NCBI GenBank assembly: GCA_946965045.2
Contig: OX337238.1
Span: forward strand, 3,286,001-3,350,000
Direction of reading: 5' to 3'
DNA: 64,000 bases
From: Epithemia pelagica
Lineage: Eukaryota > Protista > Bacillariophyta
The notes below the pieces were generated by a model. The model had not been told where the DNA came from. It worked only from the letters and a program-made list of their open reading frames with translations, and did not search any database. Numbering within the stretch: position 1 is the first letter of the stretch; each line of letters starts with the position of its first letter. The position numbers and the translations under genes are program-made. Positions 43,897-55,575 of the stretch are shown here, piece after piece.

Positions 43897-45622
43897 CTAG
43901 TTGGGTGCCGCATCTTGCGCATCCGACGATGACGACGACGAGGTCCAATATTGGGAAAATGTCCAAGAGGGAGTGGCATCAGTGGCTGGAGAAGACGGTT
44001 CCACGGTTGTGGTTGTTGTTGGTTCATCGTGATAACTGCTGCGCGATCCCGTCAAGGTGGACCAATACGAGGAGGAGGGTGACGGATGAGCGGGTGGCAC
44101 CTCTTCTTGTTTGAGAGGAATCACAGTTGCGTCCTTAGTTGTGGAAGACGACGGAACAAACGACCAGACGTAGGACCAGGTGGAGGAGGGAAGAGCAGGT
44201 TCCTCTTGCTCCTCTTCTTTTTGTACCACGGGATCCGGGGAAGAAGAACCAAACCAGTGGGCCACGGAAAAGAGCGAGGCGCTGGTGGGTTCCTCTTGTT
44301 GTGGTGATTCTTGCTCGGGGACCACCACCGCTGGTTCGGCCTTGGGGCTGTTACTACTACCACTACTGACCAACACGAGGGTTGTGACGGGCAGCAAGAG
44401 GAGTGCCATGACAATGAGCAGGACGGCACGCGCCCGAGACTGCACACGAGTAAAGGAATCTTGCTTTTGCACGTCGACAACGACCGAGGCTTTTTCACCA
44501 GTTGCTTCCGGGGTGTTGTTCTTCGTAACGTCGGCACCAAGCTCGTTGGGGTGGTCAAAACTCACCACCTTTTTCTCGAGAACGGGTGGTTCTACCAAGG
44601 AGGAGGAAACATCCTCCACAGTCTTTGGTTCTTCCTTCTTGTCCGTCTTCTTGGTTTCGACCGTCGATGGTTCTGGCTGCTTCTTGTTGTTGGCTTTGGC
44701 CGAAGCTTGTTTGGACAGAACCGCAGCGGAAGAAGTCACAGCAGCTTTTTCGTGGGGCTTGGTCGCTTGGGCTTTACCAATAGTAGTAGGAGTAGTGGGC
44801 GTCTTTTTGGTGGGTGTGGATGGAGCAGTATTACTACGTGGAGAAGTCGTGGCCGTTCGAAAGGGTGACGAGGGCAAGGAAAAGAATCGTCGTCGAAAGG
44901 TGGGAGCCGGCGAGGAACTGTTGTTGCTACTGCTGGTGGTAGATTTGCTGCGCGAGGGCGACGACCGAAAACGAAAGGGGGAGGATGGAGTGGTGTTGGT
45001 CGTCGTTGGAGTAGGAGTGGTCGTGGTGCGCTTGGCCGGTAGTTTGGTGGAAGATTTGTGAGTCTTGTTCTTCTTCTTCTTGGAGGATTTACTGCCCCCA
45101 TTGAGCGTCGAACCCGTCAAGGTGGACGAGGCCGAGACGGCATCGTCGTCGACAGCGGCGACTGGATGGGGATTGTTGTCCCCCGTGACCAGGGGAAGCA
45201 CCAAGGGGGCCTCCGAGGTTTTGGACGACGACGACAGGGCGACAAGGTTGACTTGTTTGGCACATTGCGTGGTTCGATGGTGCGTCACATTCCAGGTGGG
45301 ATGCTCCTTGAGGAGTTGGGCCTGCACTTGCGACACAGACAAGGGGGTCTGTGAAACGAAGAAAAGATTTCTTATGAGAGAAGTCCAGACCGACAAACAC
45401 ACGCAGTCTTTCTCGCTTTTGACGTACCTTGGTATCTTGATTCGAATCGACAATGGCTTTAATGGCTTGCGTCAATTCTTCCGAAGTGGGAATGTAGGTT
45501 GCCGTCGTTTTGGCCGTTTGGGGAGTTGTCGTCGTTGTGGTTGCCTTTTGGCTGGTGCTGGTGCTTGGCGACTTGGGGTTGGCTGTCGCAATGGCCGTGT
45601 TGGTACCGGCGTGTTCCATCAT
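43897..45622 (-). CDS. Hypothetical S/T/P-rich membrane protein, same N-terminal domain family; predicted exons 45622-45428 and 45348-43897
   Basis: 79-bp phase-0 intron (GTACGT...CAG) joins YIPTSEELTQAIKAIVDSNQDTK to TPLSVSQVQAQLLKEHPTWNV; TM segment AVLLIVMALLLLPVTTLVLV. Confidence 0.72.
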
Positions 45623-46721
45623 GGTCTCTTGCTTCTTGCTTCTCGGTTCTTCTTCTTCGCTGTGTCGTTTCTCAAAGACACGCCAAATCTTTTGCAACGT
45701 CTCTTTTTCTCGTAGAGTGCGACAAGTTTCAAACGAGAAGTCGGTAGATGCAATTTGCTATGGTTGGATCTATGAGGGTGGCTGAACGGTGATAGAGATT
45801 TTCAGTTCGCAATTCGGATCGTCGATCTCACATTGATGGTAACCCTCTTTCTCTATAGAGCCAAACAGTACTACCAAAACCATTTGGTTGTTTTGTCTGC
45901 GCCTCGGACAGCCGTTGTGGGGGATGAGAGAAAAAGGCCCAACCACGGAGAGAATGCATTCGTTGCGGCAACTGCAAACTGCAGTTGATAAGTAGTATGG
46001 CGAACAAAGTACTAAGAGAATGGGGGAAGGCCCAAGACGAATGCTTGGGGGGATGCCCCCAAATGAAAGACAGGAAAGTCTGGACCGCCCCCAACGAAAA
46101 AATCCGGTTTCTAGCCATTCGGGGGCAGGGTGTGGAAGTCACTAGCGAAAAATTTTTTAAGTTCTGCAACTTTTGAACTTTTTCACCATAATTTCACAAA
46201 TCAAATCACATTACTAGCCTTTCCCAAACGAACTTTTTGCACAAAGTCAAATCGCTCACATTTTTCATCGAACTTGACTTGGACCCATCCAACTTAGTTA
46301 TTTACAAGCTCTTATTACCGGAACATTGGCACACACCAATGTAATTATCCAAGTTGCAATTTTCTCACATAGTTCAATCAAGTTACATGTCTCCACTTAG
46401 TGACTCGAAGTCTGAAGTCTAATTGCAAGTCTCAAGATTAGAACTAAATTCTCCAAATCAAGTTGAAATTTTACTTCATTGCAACTAGTGTCAGTGTCGA
46501 CTGTCGACACTTGGTCACTTGGCACCATCCTACAGTAACAAACACAGTCAACAAGATATAATCGGTACTGGCCCCTTACCTCTTACCTCTTAACACTGAA
46601 CCCAACACACAATCTCTTCACCTCTGTTGTGGCTTGTTGCAGCGTTACAGCACACGAATGAGGTGTGATTTTTCCAGTTGACACTGTCGGAATCAAACAA
46701 CCAATCTCTGGTTGAAAGCAC

Positions 46722-49700
46722 ATGTCTTTGTTGCCAATCGAGGACATTGAAGTAGATTTGAACTCCCCTGCTGTTTCCAGTCTTTCATCAGCGACATTCA
46801 TGTATGCCATGGCTCCCCAAGGAAAGAATCAACAGCAGTCATCTCAATCCTCCAAAGAAGCTCGACTATCGTCAGCAACTGGAGGTGACGACAACAATGA
46901 AGAACCCACGAACCCACCGACAACAACCAATGAAAGAGAAAATGAAAACCAGGCGCCTCCTACAACAGCCAACAATGAAGACAACTCTCAACAAGTTGCT
47001 GCTCCTGCTCCTACGGACGAGGGACCCTTGACACAAAGCCGAAAGGATGAAATCAAACAAGAGAAATCACATGTCTCGTTTTGTCCACCTCCGAAGAAGC
47101 TCTTTCGAAATTTCGAAAATTCGTTCTTTGGAAAAGTTCGTTACCTGAACTTCAAGAAATTGACCAGCACAAAGAAGACCTTAAAATCAAACCCCGCTGT
47201 CAATTTGGGGAAAATGCCAGGTTTATTTTCGTGTCTGCAATTGTTAGAGTCAGCTTCTGATGAAGACAAAGAAATGAACGATGGCTATCATTCCATTGTA
47301 AAGAAGCTTGTTGTTTGTCCACATTGCTTCGACGACCCGACTGTTAGTCTCGACAAATGTCTCCTTGGTCTTGGCAGAGGCCTTTTGTCCAACATCAGCA
47401 CACACTTCGGTAAATACCACCCCGAAGTCGTGGAAGATACTGCCTCTGTTGCAACCGACCCTACTCAACAACCCATTTCCATGTATTCTGGCACAATGGT
47501 TAGCAAACAAGATGCCAGAGTAATGTTTCATCACTTTGTTTCATCAGTCAATTTATAAGTTCGTGAATGACTGTGGTTTCCCGGTATCAACTGTTGAGAA
47601 GGAATCGTTTAGAGATCTTCTTAAGTGTGCAATTGCCAACGCCCCAAAGCTCAAGGAAAAGGACTGTTCCATAAGCAACAAAGCAATCACTCGGATGAGA
47701 TTGGAGTCCTACAATGATTTTCTCAAGACCGTTACGGAACTTGGAGAAAACGTACGACAAGCGTACCATGATCTCTGCAACAAACCCATCGCCTTCTCTA
47801 CGATAACACACGACATCTGGCAGGGAAATGACAAGGATGTCCTTGGGGTTTGTTTGATGTTCACCGATCCTCGGAACTGTAAATCTTACAGACTCCCGAT
47901 TGGCCTTTGCTCAACAAAGGGCCATACAGCAAAACAAGTAGCCGACCACACCTCATCAATCCTCAACGCTGTCGGCTTTACGCAACAAGACCTCTCTGCC
48001 TCCGTGAATGACAACACGAACTCCGCCGTGTTGGCTGGAAAGTATATAGTGGGTAATAAGACAGGCGGCAAGTGCAACATGCACAGGGCCAAACTGATCT
48101 TGAAACACTCCACAGGTCTGGCAGTCCGGAAAAAAAAGGCAAAGTGGTGGACAGTAACGAGGAATTCATGACTGTTTATAGAAAATTCTTCAAATTTGCA
48201 GCATGGATGGTGAGTTCGCGTGCCAAAAGATTTGAAAAGCTACGTTCCTACGCCCTAAAACATGGGAGGAAGGTCATCAAAGTCTCTATGCCGAATACAA
48301 CCCGTGTTGGAGGCTGCATCATTACCTTTCATGACCTATTCCGGAACAAATTTGTAACGGATATGTATGCAAAAGAGAAATTTGAGTACAAGGACGACGA
48401 ATTCATTAAACATTATCCGCTCTTGGCCGAATTCGAGGGAATCTTGGCCCCACTCAAACAAGTCTCCATGTCACTCCAAGTTGACGACCCTTCTGCATCG
48501 GCTTGTTCATTGCTGGAAATCTTCACCAGTAAGCATTGTGTGGAAGTTATGAAAGATAAGGGAGTGCCCGTGTTGACTGTTACTGGGCCTAATGCACGCC
48601 CATGGGATACCAGTCTCACCATCGCTAAGCTTCAATCGTATCGAGACATTGTAACATACGACAAATTGTCAGAAAAGAGTCAATTGTTGATCGAGCGAGT
48701 ACTTGTGGAATATACAAACTACATTCAGGAAGGCCATGACTCCCACGCTGAACACGCCATGTGTGGACATCCTTTCCTTGCATCTTATGGTCCCAACATA
48801 CTGAAAACCATAAAGGTTTACGACGATGAGAGTCTTAAACGGATTCGGAAAGAATTTGTGATGGACATTGTCCGCAAGTTCTCGCAGCCAAAGAAGAATG
48901 GCACCAATCCCCAGTCCAAGTCGAGTCAGCAGGAACGTGAACAACAAAAGGAAAGTACACCTGTGGAGATCATCGAGGACGAAGAGGAAGAGTCTTCAGT
49001 CCCAAAAGCTGTCTCGAATGTAATGGACTGCTTTAACATCTTCAAGACACATCGCATCACCAAGGAGAAAGAAAATGCTGCACTGATGGAGGCGACGGCG
49101 ACAAGTACAAGTACAGATGACCAAGTTGATAGAGCCAAGCTATACAAGATGTGTGATGAACAGTTCGGACGCTATCTCGAATTCTACGAGAACGTTGTTC
49201 ATGGATCCTGGGAGGACTTGATTCGCCAGTATCCCACTGCCGCATTTCTGAAACTATCTGGTTCGTGGAACCCTGAAAAACGACAAGAATTCCAGTTGGC
49301 CTGTACGGAACACTATTTCCATGTCGTTGGGAAATATTTTGACGTCTTGAAATGGTGGTCCGACAACAAGATGCTATTCCCCAAACTCTTTCCTAGTGCC
49401 TTGATTTGGATATCGAAACCTGCGACAAACGCATTCCAGAAACGCGTGTTCTCTCGGTCGTCGTTCATGGATAGAAATCCCTTAATGAGACGCCAACTAG
49501 ACAAGAACTTTGAAATGCGCACTATGGAAAGTATTACAAGGGAGGTGCGCTCTGAGATTGTCAAGAATGAAAAGCTACTCAAACAAGGCGCGACCTCCGA
49601 CAAAAAAAAGGCAGCCAGTGGCCGCCAAGCAAGGAAGGTGATAGATCTCAGCCAGGAATCTAAAGGGGAAGAAGTCAGTCAGGTACAACAGACCGCACAA

Positions 49701-50381
49701 CAACGCACCCCGGCAGCAGGAACACAAGTTCCTGTTGTCCCACTGGAAAAAGCCACACCAACACAATCCGATATGACTCGGATGGAAACGGTACTACGAG
49801 CAACGTCGAAGCTGGAACTATACGAACTGTCCGGAACTATTGGTGCCCACGGCATAACGGCAGAAACAAGTTACAAGTTCAAGTCGGTCAAAAAGGTTGA
49901 TAAGAAGACAGTTGTGAGCGATGCGACATGGGACGACGTCGAATTGGTTGATCTGGTAGACGATCCACGAGATGAAGACCAACTAGAGGCTTTGGATCGA
50001 AAAGTTGTTGCTCCTTACGACAATGACGAAGACAAGGAAGATTCCGACACGGCGTTAAAAGAAGCCATCCAGGAAAGAAAGAATGAACTCATTCAACAAA
50101 CCGCGTTGGAGAAGACTGTTGCTAGTCTGCCCGTTGCAAAAGCCAATGAAGGCACGAAAGGAGATAGTGGGAAACGTAAAGCCTCTTCAACTATTCAAAA
50201 AGGAAGGAAACGGACGAAACAGAATTCACTCTCTGAGGCACTCGCAAGAACTGTGGTTAGAACACCACGCAAGAAAGACAATCGCAAACCACCCCCAGCC
50301 CCAAACGACTCGCCAACGAGAAGAAGCTCAAGACTTGCAGAGAAGGAAGTCTCAAGTGCAGACAATGACGGTACCAGTTGA
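46722..50381 (+). pseudogene. hAT transposase, disrupted (frameshifts near 47540 and 48130-48137; ERxFS glutamate reads K)
   Basis: BED-like finger (CLQL...CPHC...THFGKYH), D1 ITHDIW, D2 VNDNT, CNMH (CxxH), NTTRV, dimerisation region WWSDNK..FPKL...PATNAFQKRVFS, spread over three overlapping ORFs. Confidence 0.88.
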
Positions 50382-50483
50382 TCTCCGACCACGAACGTCA
50401 CTGAAGGTGACAATGGAAGAAACGTCACGGAAACTTTACATCCATAATCGCAGTGCATTTTGGTAAATACAATATATTGACAG

Positions 50484-52325
50484 TCATTTAGTATATTCTT
50501 TTATCAACTGCAGAAAGAAATACTTGAGATGGCGAAGATTCGCTGGAGATTTAGATTCGGATTGGTCATGAGAGTGAGCCACAATAAAAGACTCCATTTG
50601 TTCTTGGCACTTACTTCTGGTCTGTGATTTGTTAAGTAGTTGTCCTAGAGAACCAAATAAAGGATTGATCTCCTCCCATTGTTCTTTAGGAAGCCATGAT
50701 TGAAGGTTCAAAGAGCATTCCATGCCGTCATTGATATGAGATTCCGTCCAATTGAGAACCTTAGTTGATCAGATAACATGAATATCTGAGGGAATTCCTT
50801 CCGTCCGGCCAAATGCCGTTTGTAGAATGATTGTTCCCGTCTTGTGGCCAATTCCAGGTAAGGTCATAAGCTCAGTAAGGGAAATGTCTTTAGGAATGCG
50901 ACCTTTGTGTCGCTGGACGAAATAGTCCGCGGCGTTGACTATGCGTTCCGCATTGACACGATACCGTCCTGTTTCTGCAAACAAACTACAGAAAACATCC
51001 ATCCCAAAATATGTAGACACTTCAATTGTTCCTTGTGCACTAGTGATGCCCGATTGGAATAAGCAAGGGATCACTTGAGAGAGACTTTGATCTGATGTGG
51101 CCGAGCTCATCAAGATAACAATGAGACACATGAAGGCTGGGTCAGAGTCTTCATATTCCGACATATTGTTGGTAATCCATTCGGACCATGTGTCTCTGGG
51201 GGCTTCCAAACCAGACTGAAGGAAATACCGACGTAAATGGGAAAGATTATCAAGTAAAAACAGCCGGGAATCAATTGTGGATTGGTTTCTAATGGGGATG
51301 GAAGGGCGAAACATTCTGGTCATGACAGGTTTGGTAATTGCAGGTGTCCCAGGCATGTGTCTGTCGCCATAGACTATCTGTTCCTTGGTGGCACATGATT
51401 GCAATAAAGCATGGCAGAGAACAGTTTTTCTTTGCCGAGTCAAGACATGGGCAGTGGGGGAAAATTGTCTCTTGGTCCAATATTCATCAATGACAGGAGA
51501 AGAAGCCCAATATTCATGGGTGACAGAAGTAGAAGCGTTGTTGCTATTTGGGCCCATGGTAGATTGAGAAGCTTTGGCAACTGGAGTTGATGGAGGACTT
51601 GTATCAATAGGAGGAGGGGACGTCGTTGTATCCAGTTTCATTGAGTAAGGGTCATCCTCCTTCGTGCTCTTCTTAGTATGCGCAACAATGTCCTCAACAA
51701 CGATGTCGATGCTTGGACTAATACAAATAGGACACTCTGTCCGTAGGTCAAAGGAATTTCTAACCTGGATTCTGGCATTGTGTCGGGTCATCCAGGTTAG
51801 AAGATTCCATTCCACGGAAAGTTTAGTGTAGTTGTTTTGCTGATGGTAATCGGCATTGAATTTTTGAAAAGCTCTGAGACCATTGGAGCAAGGCAAAGAA
51901 AATATTGGTCGGCATTTTCCTTCAATGGAGATGAAGGGGAGGTCGTCGGTGGGGGGGTTCATCTCGTATGTGACTTGGAATGAGTCATCTTCTTGGGAAT
52001 ACAGACCCGTAAACACTATTCGACAGACAGTGTTCAGTAAGCTTTCGAATGACATGCGACTTGGAGATAAACAAGGGTGGCTTGTGTTGGATGGATAGTC
52101 GACTTGTTGGAAGTGCAGACTTCCATTGTACCGGGTAAGCCACAGCAACACCACATCTTTTATGTTCTCCATTGCCAAGTCTTGTGTCGCCTTTTCCAAG
52201 GGAGTGGTTAACAAAGTTGAGTCCTCTAGCATCATGGTCATGAACGACATTGGAATATGGGTCACAGTGATGACTTGGTGACAAGTCACATCGAGGTTGA
52301 TTGTACGGTCATCTGATGCTTCCAT
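50484..52325 (-). pseudogene. Endonuclease III/NTH1-like HhH-GPD DNA glycosylase with ~370-aa unknown N-terminal region; one in-frame TGA at 50769-50771
   Basis: FMCLIVILMSSATSD, HhH motif LMTLPGIGHKTG (catalytic Lys position), IPSDIHVI (catalytic Asp). Continues in frame past the TGA as STKVLNW...LQSWLPKEQWEEINPLFGSLGQL, typical of eukaryotic NTH1. No 4Fe-4S Cys motif. Confidence 0.88.
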
Positions 52326-53296
52326 TGTACTTGAATATTAGATGCATGGGGTTGGGGATGGGGAAATAATAGTGGCAATGAGAAATGAGAAGGGCGGGAA
52401 AACTGAAGGTTGTGTCGTTGATGGAAAGGAACAGAGGTAAAGGTGACAGGTGACAGTGGATTGGTGAATGTTGAGAGGTTGAGAGTTGTGAGTGTTGGTT
52501 GAACCTCTGTCATGAGTCGTGAACGTTCTACTCCTCTGGGAGTGATATTGGTAAATATGTGCAGGAAGAGTGTGAATAAATACGTAGAAACAGATAAGAG
52601 TGAATGGTTCCTCTGAATAAAAGTTGTTGTTTGTGACTACGACAACAAAGAAGTTGCAACTAATAGTTGTAACTATGGAGGTGACAGAGGGATGAAGTTT
52701 AATTACAAGGGGCAAAGTTGCAACTTGGACTTGTTTAGTCTAGTTGCAGACTCAGAAAATAAACTACGACTTTCAAAGTTAGTCTAAGTTAAGTTGCAGG
52801 TTCTTCATTGGAACCATATTTAATCTAGTCAAGTTAGTACCTTAGTCGTGTTAGACTATTAGTTGCAAGTTCATTCTGTATCATGGTTTTGTGATTTGAT
52901 TAGTTTAAGTTAAGTAAATCATACATGTTGAACTAACTAGTGGGTACAAGTCGCATGACAGTAAACTGTCTAATGAATTATTAGTTGGGAAGTTAAGTCT
53001 AATGGCTGATTTTCCAACTTCCACACCCTGTTCGGGGGGCTATCCATTCGGGGGATGGAGCAAGCGCGAGAGGTGTGTAAATTCCTAGTGCTACTAAGGT
53101 TACATGAACCCTTTAGCCAGAACTGTATGGACTCTATCTAAAATATAAAAAAACAATCCAAGTACCGGAGGATATAGGCAATCCTCACAAGCTCCAGGAA
53201 ACAAGGATTTGGGATCTAATACGACTGGCTTTCCGCATTGGAGTTACTCCACATCATGTCATGCCAATGCCACTGGCCAATCTCCTCTTTGGGCAT

Positions 53297-55575
53297 TCAT
53301 TCCTGATGAAAAGACGAACGGGCCAAGTGTCGTTCAATCGAGTCCTCGCGAAACGCCAAGGAGGACGAAGAAGCCGAAAAACGACGAAACTGGCGAGACG
53401 AAGAGTCGACGACCCAGGCTCGTCGTGCGGCCAAGTAACGTTGTCGTGTTTCCAATTCCACCGCTCGACGGAGAACCATTTCCGTTTGACCCTTTTGGTA
53501 GGCATGGGCCATGCGTCGTTGCGATTCTTGTTGGCGTTCCCGTTTCGTCACGGACACGACCGACTCGGTCAGCGAGGATGTGGCGGATAGATTGCCCCAG
53601 GATGGACAACGAGGAAATGGTCCGGAAGAACCAGGAGGAGTGGAAGAATCGTAGAGTTGCTGGTGGTTCTCTTGTTGATCGTTTTGTGGTTGAGGTTCTT
53701 GTGGTGAATGCGTCGGTACGAGCTTGCTGGGCATTTGGTGTTGTTCCGATTCGTCTGCATCACAGGCAAACGAACGAAAGGAATTCACTCGGCCCACTCT
53801 TCGTAGCAGTGACGGAGAATTACTACTATCCATCACAACACTTGTTTGTATATGGAAAGGCTCACTGGCATCATATCGAATGGTTGCTTTGTTTGCGATT
53901 GCGGGTTGTGCTTCCGAGTCCAGTCCACCGGTAGACTTGCGACGAGCCATTCGTACACCACGACCGGCACTTCCATGTTGTCGAGTCGATGTGGCATCCT
54001 GGTGGCGGTTGCTAGTTTTCTCCAGGCTGGTGATAGTTGAATGTTCCTTTTGCTGCTTGTGGACACTGCCGTTCATGCCCAATGCGGATAACGACTTTCT
54101 TCTCGTCGCTGGTGGTTGTCCCGTCGTCGTTGGGGTATGCAAATTCCGGTTCTTGTCATCTCGGTCCATCAACAGTTTCTGCTGATTCGTTTCATCCATT
54201 TCTGGATTGCCTGCTTCAACAGGTATCGAGCAATTGCCAGTGGATCGTCGGCGGGCCATGCGACCAGGTCGTCGTCGCTGTTGTACTTGTGGTTGTGCTT
54301 GTGCTTGTGCTGGACTTGAAGGCAATTGTTCTGGCTCTTGCAATGGACCAACAGGAGATTGTAATGCAAAGAACCGCCTTGGTGACAATAATTCACGAGC
54401 CTTGTCATCTCTACCAACCGTGCGTGCACAGGCACGGGGTTGGTTCCCCTCATGACTGACACGGACGGCATGCTCCGAATGGACCCTTGGTCTTCGGGCA
54501 TTTTTTGTCGTCTCGCTTGGGTGGCCCATGCCTGACGGTGTGCCAATTCGTGTTGGCGTAGCAATGCGTTGGCTTGGCGACGGAGAGTCGATAATTGGCG
54601 GCCTTTTTGATAAGAGGCGGCCATTCGAGATGAAGACGATGGCAATGACATGTTTTCTTGGAAAAGAGAATTTTTCTGGGAATCCATGGAAGCTAGAGAT
54701 ACGGAGGATCCCATGGAGCGGCGTCGCTGGAGACGAGGGGTTCTGGTCACTGATTTCACTAGTTTGTGAGGAACAACAGTTCCTTCGAGGGGAGTCTTGT
54801 CCGACACAGCGGTCGGGTACTCCTTCTCCTCATCATGCTTCTTGTCTTCTGGTGGACCTATTGCACTTCTTTCCTCCTTGGATTGTATGCCCAAAGGCGG
54901 TGATGGCTCGTTTGGTTTTGTTGGAGGCGCATGATCCATGTTTCGACGGCCAACAAACGCCCCTTGTTCCTTGTCATTGGACGTCTCCGAGTTGCGTTCT
55001 TTGTCTTTCTTGTCACAGTCATCATGGCTACCAGCTAGAATCGGACCACAAGTACCCTGTCCAGTGTCATCCTTGCATGCACTGCTGGATTCATCGTCTT
55101 GTTGCTGCTGTGAGTCGACATGATCTAGATGATGCTGTCGGCTGCGGTTCGATGAATTCCCAATTGTGGGATGGTCCGAGTTGAATTGTTGTGGGAAATT
55201 TGTGGAGTCATTCAGCAATCTGGTGGGGCCTGAGATTTCCGTCCCACAATGGGGCACTGTGTCACTGGGATGCTCCGTTGGAACAACAGCAACTTGTCCG
55301 TACCCTTTGGCGGGTGGTAGTGGCGGTGGTTGGTGATGTCGGCATTGCAAATTGGTGTCCTTAAGCGTGTTGTTTGACTTGGGTGATTCGGTCCACTTTG
55401 GATCGGCGAACTCCTCGCGAGAGGTTGCAAGTGGTTCTTTTTCCTGAAAACTCGTTGAATGATTTTTTGTGCTGCCATCGTCTTTTTCTCGACCTTGGGA
55501 CATTGCAAGTGTCAATGGCAGCAGCACTGGTGAATCTCCAGCCTCCATGGCTCGTACCAAACTCACATGGTCCAT
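53297..55575 (-). CDS. Hypothetical low-complexity protein(s) with a duplicated RMAxxYQKG...LRR...AW motif; two overlapping ORFs (frameshift or intron near 54400-54470)
   Basis: ORFs 54169-55575 and 53297-54529 each contain one copy of the motif; no family recognised. Confidence 0.5.

Larger units (their letters stand above)
46126..53030 (+). mobile_element. hAT-superfamily DNA transposon 2 carrying a DNA glycosylase cargo gene
   Basis: Perfect 14-bp TIRs CAGGGTGTGGAAGT (46126-46139) / ACTTCCACACCCTG (53017-53030); 8-bp TSD TTCGGGGG (46118-46125 and 53031-53038); AT-rich subterminal regions rich in AAGTT/AACTT. Confidence 0.94.

Noticed and set aside
50484-52325. Calling the cargo a DEMETER/ROS1 orthologue
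   Set aside because: It lacks the 4Fe-4S motif and DME-specific domains, and its C-terminus (WLPKEQWEEIN) is NTH1-like. 5mC activity remains a hypothesis only.
45855-53140. Possible TIRs of an outer element (ATAGAGCCAAACAGT versus the reverse complement of ACTGTATGGACTCTAT)
   Set aside because: The match is imperfect and needs a gap, and I could not find a TSD.
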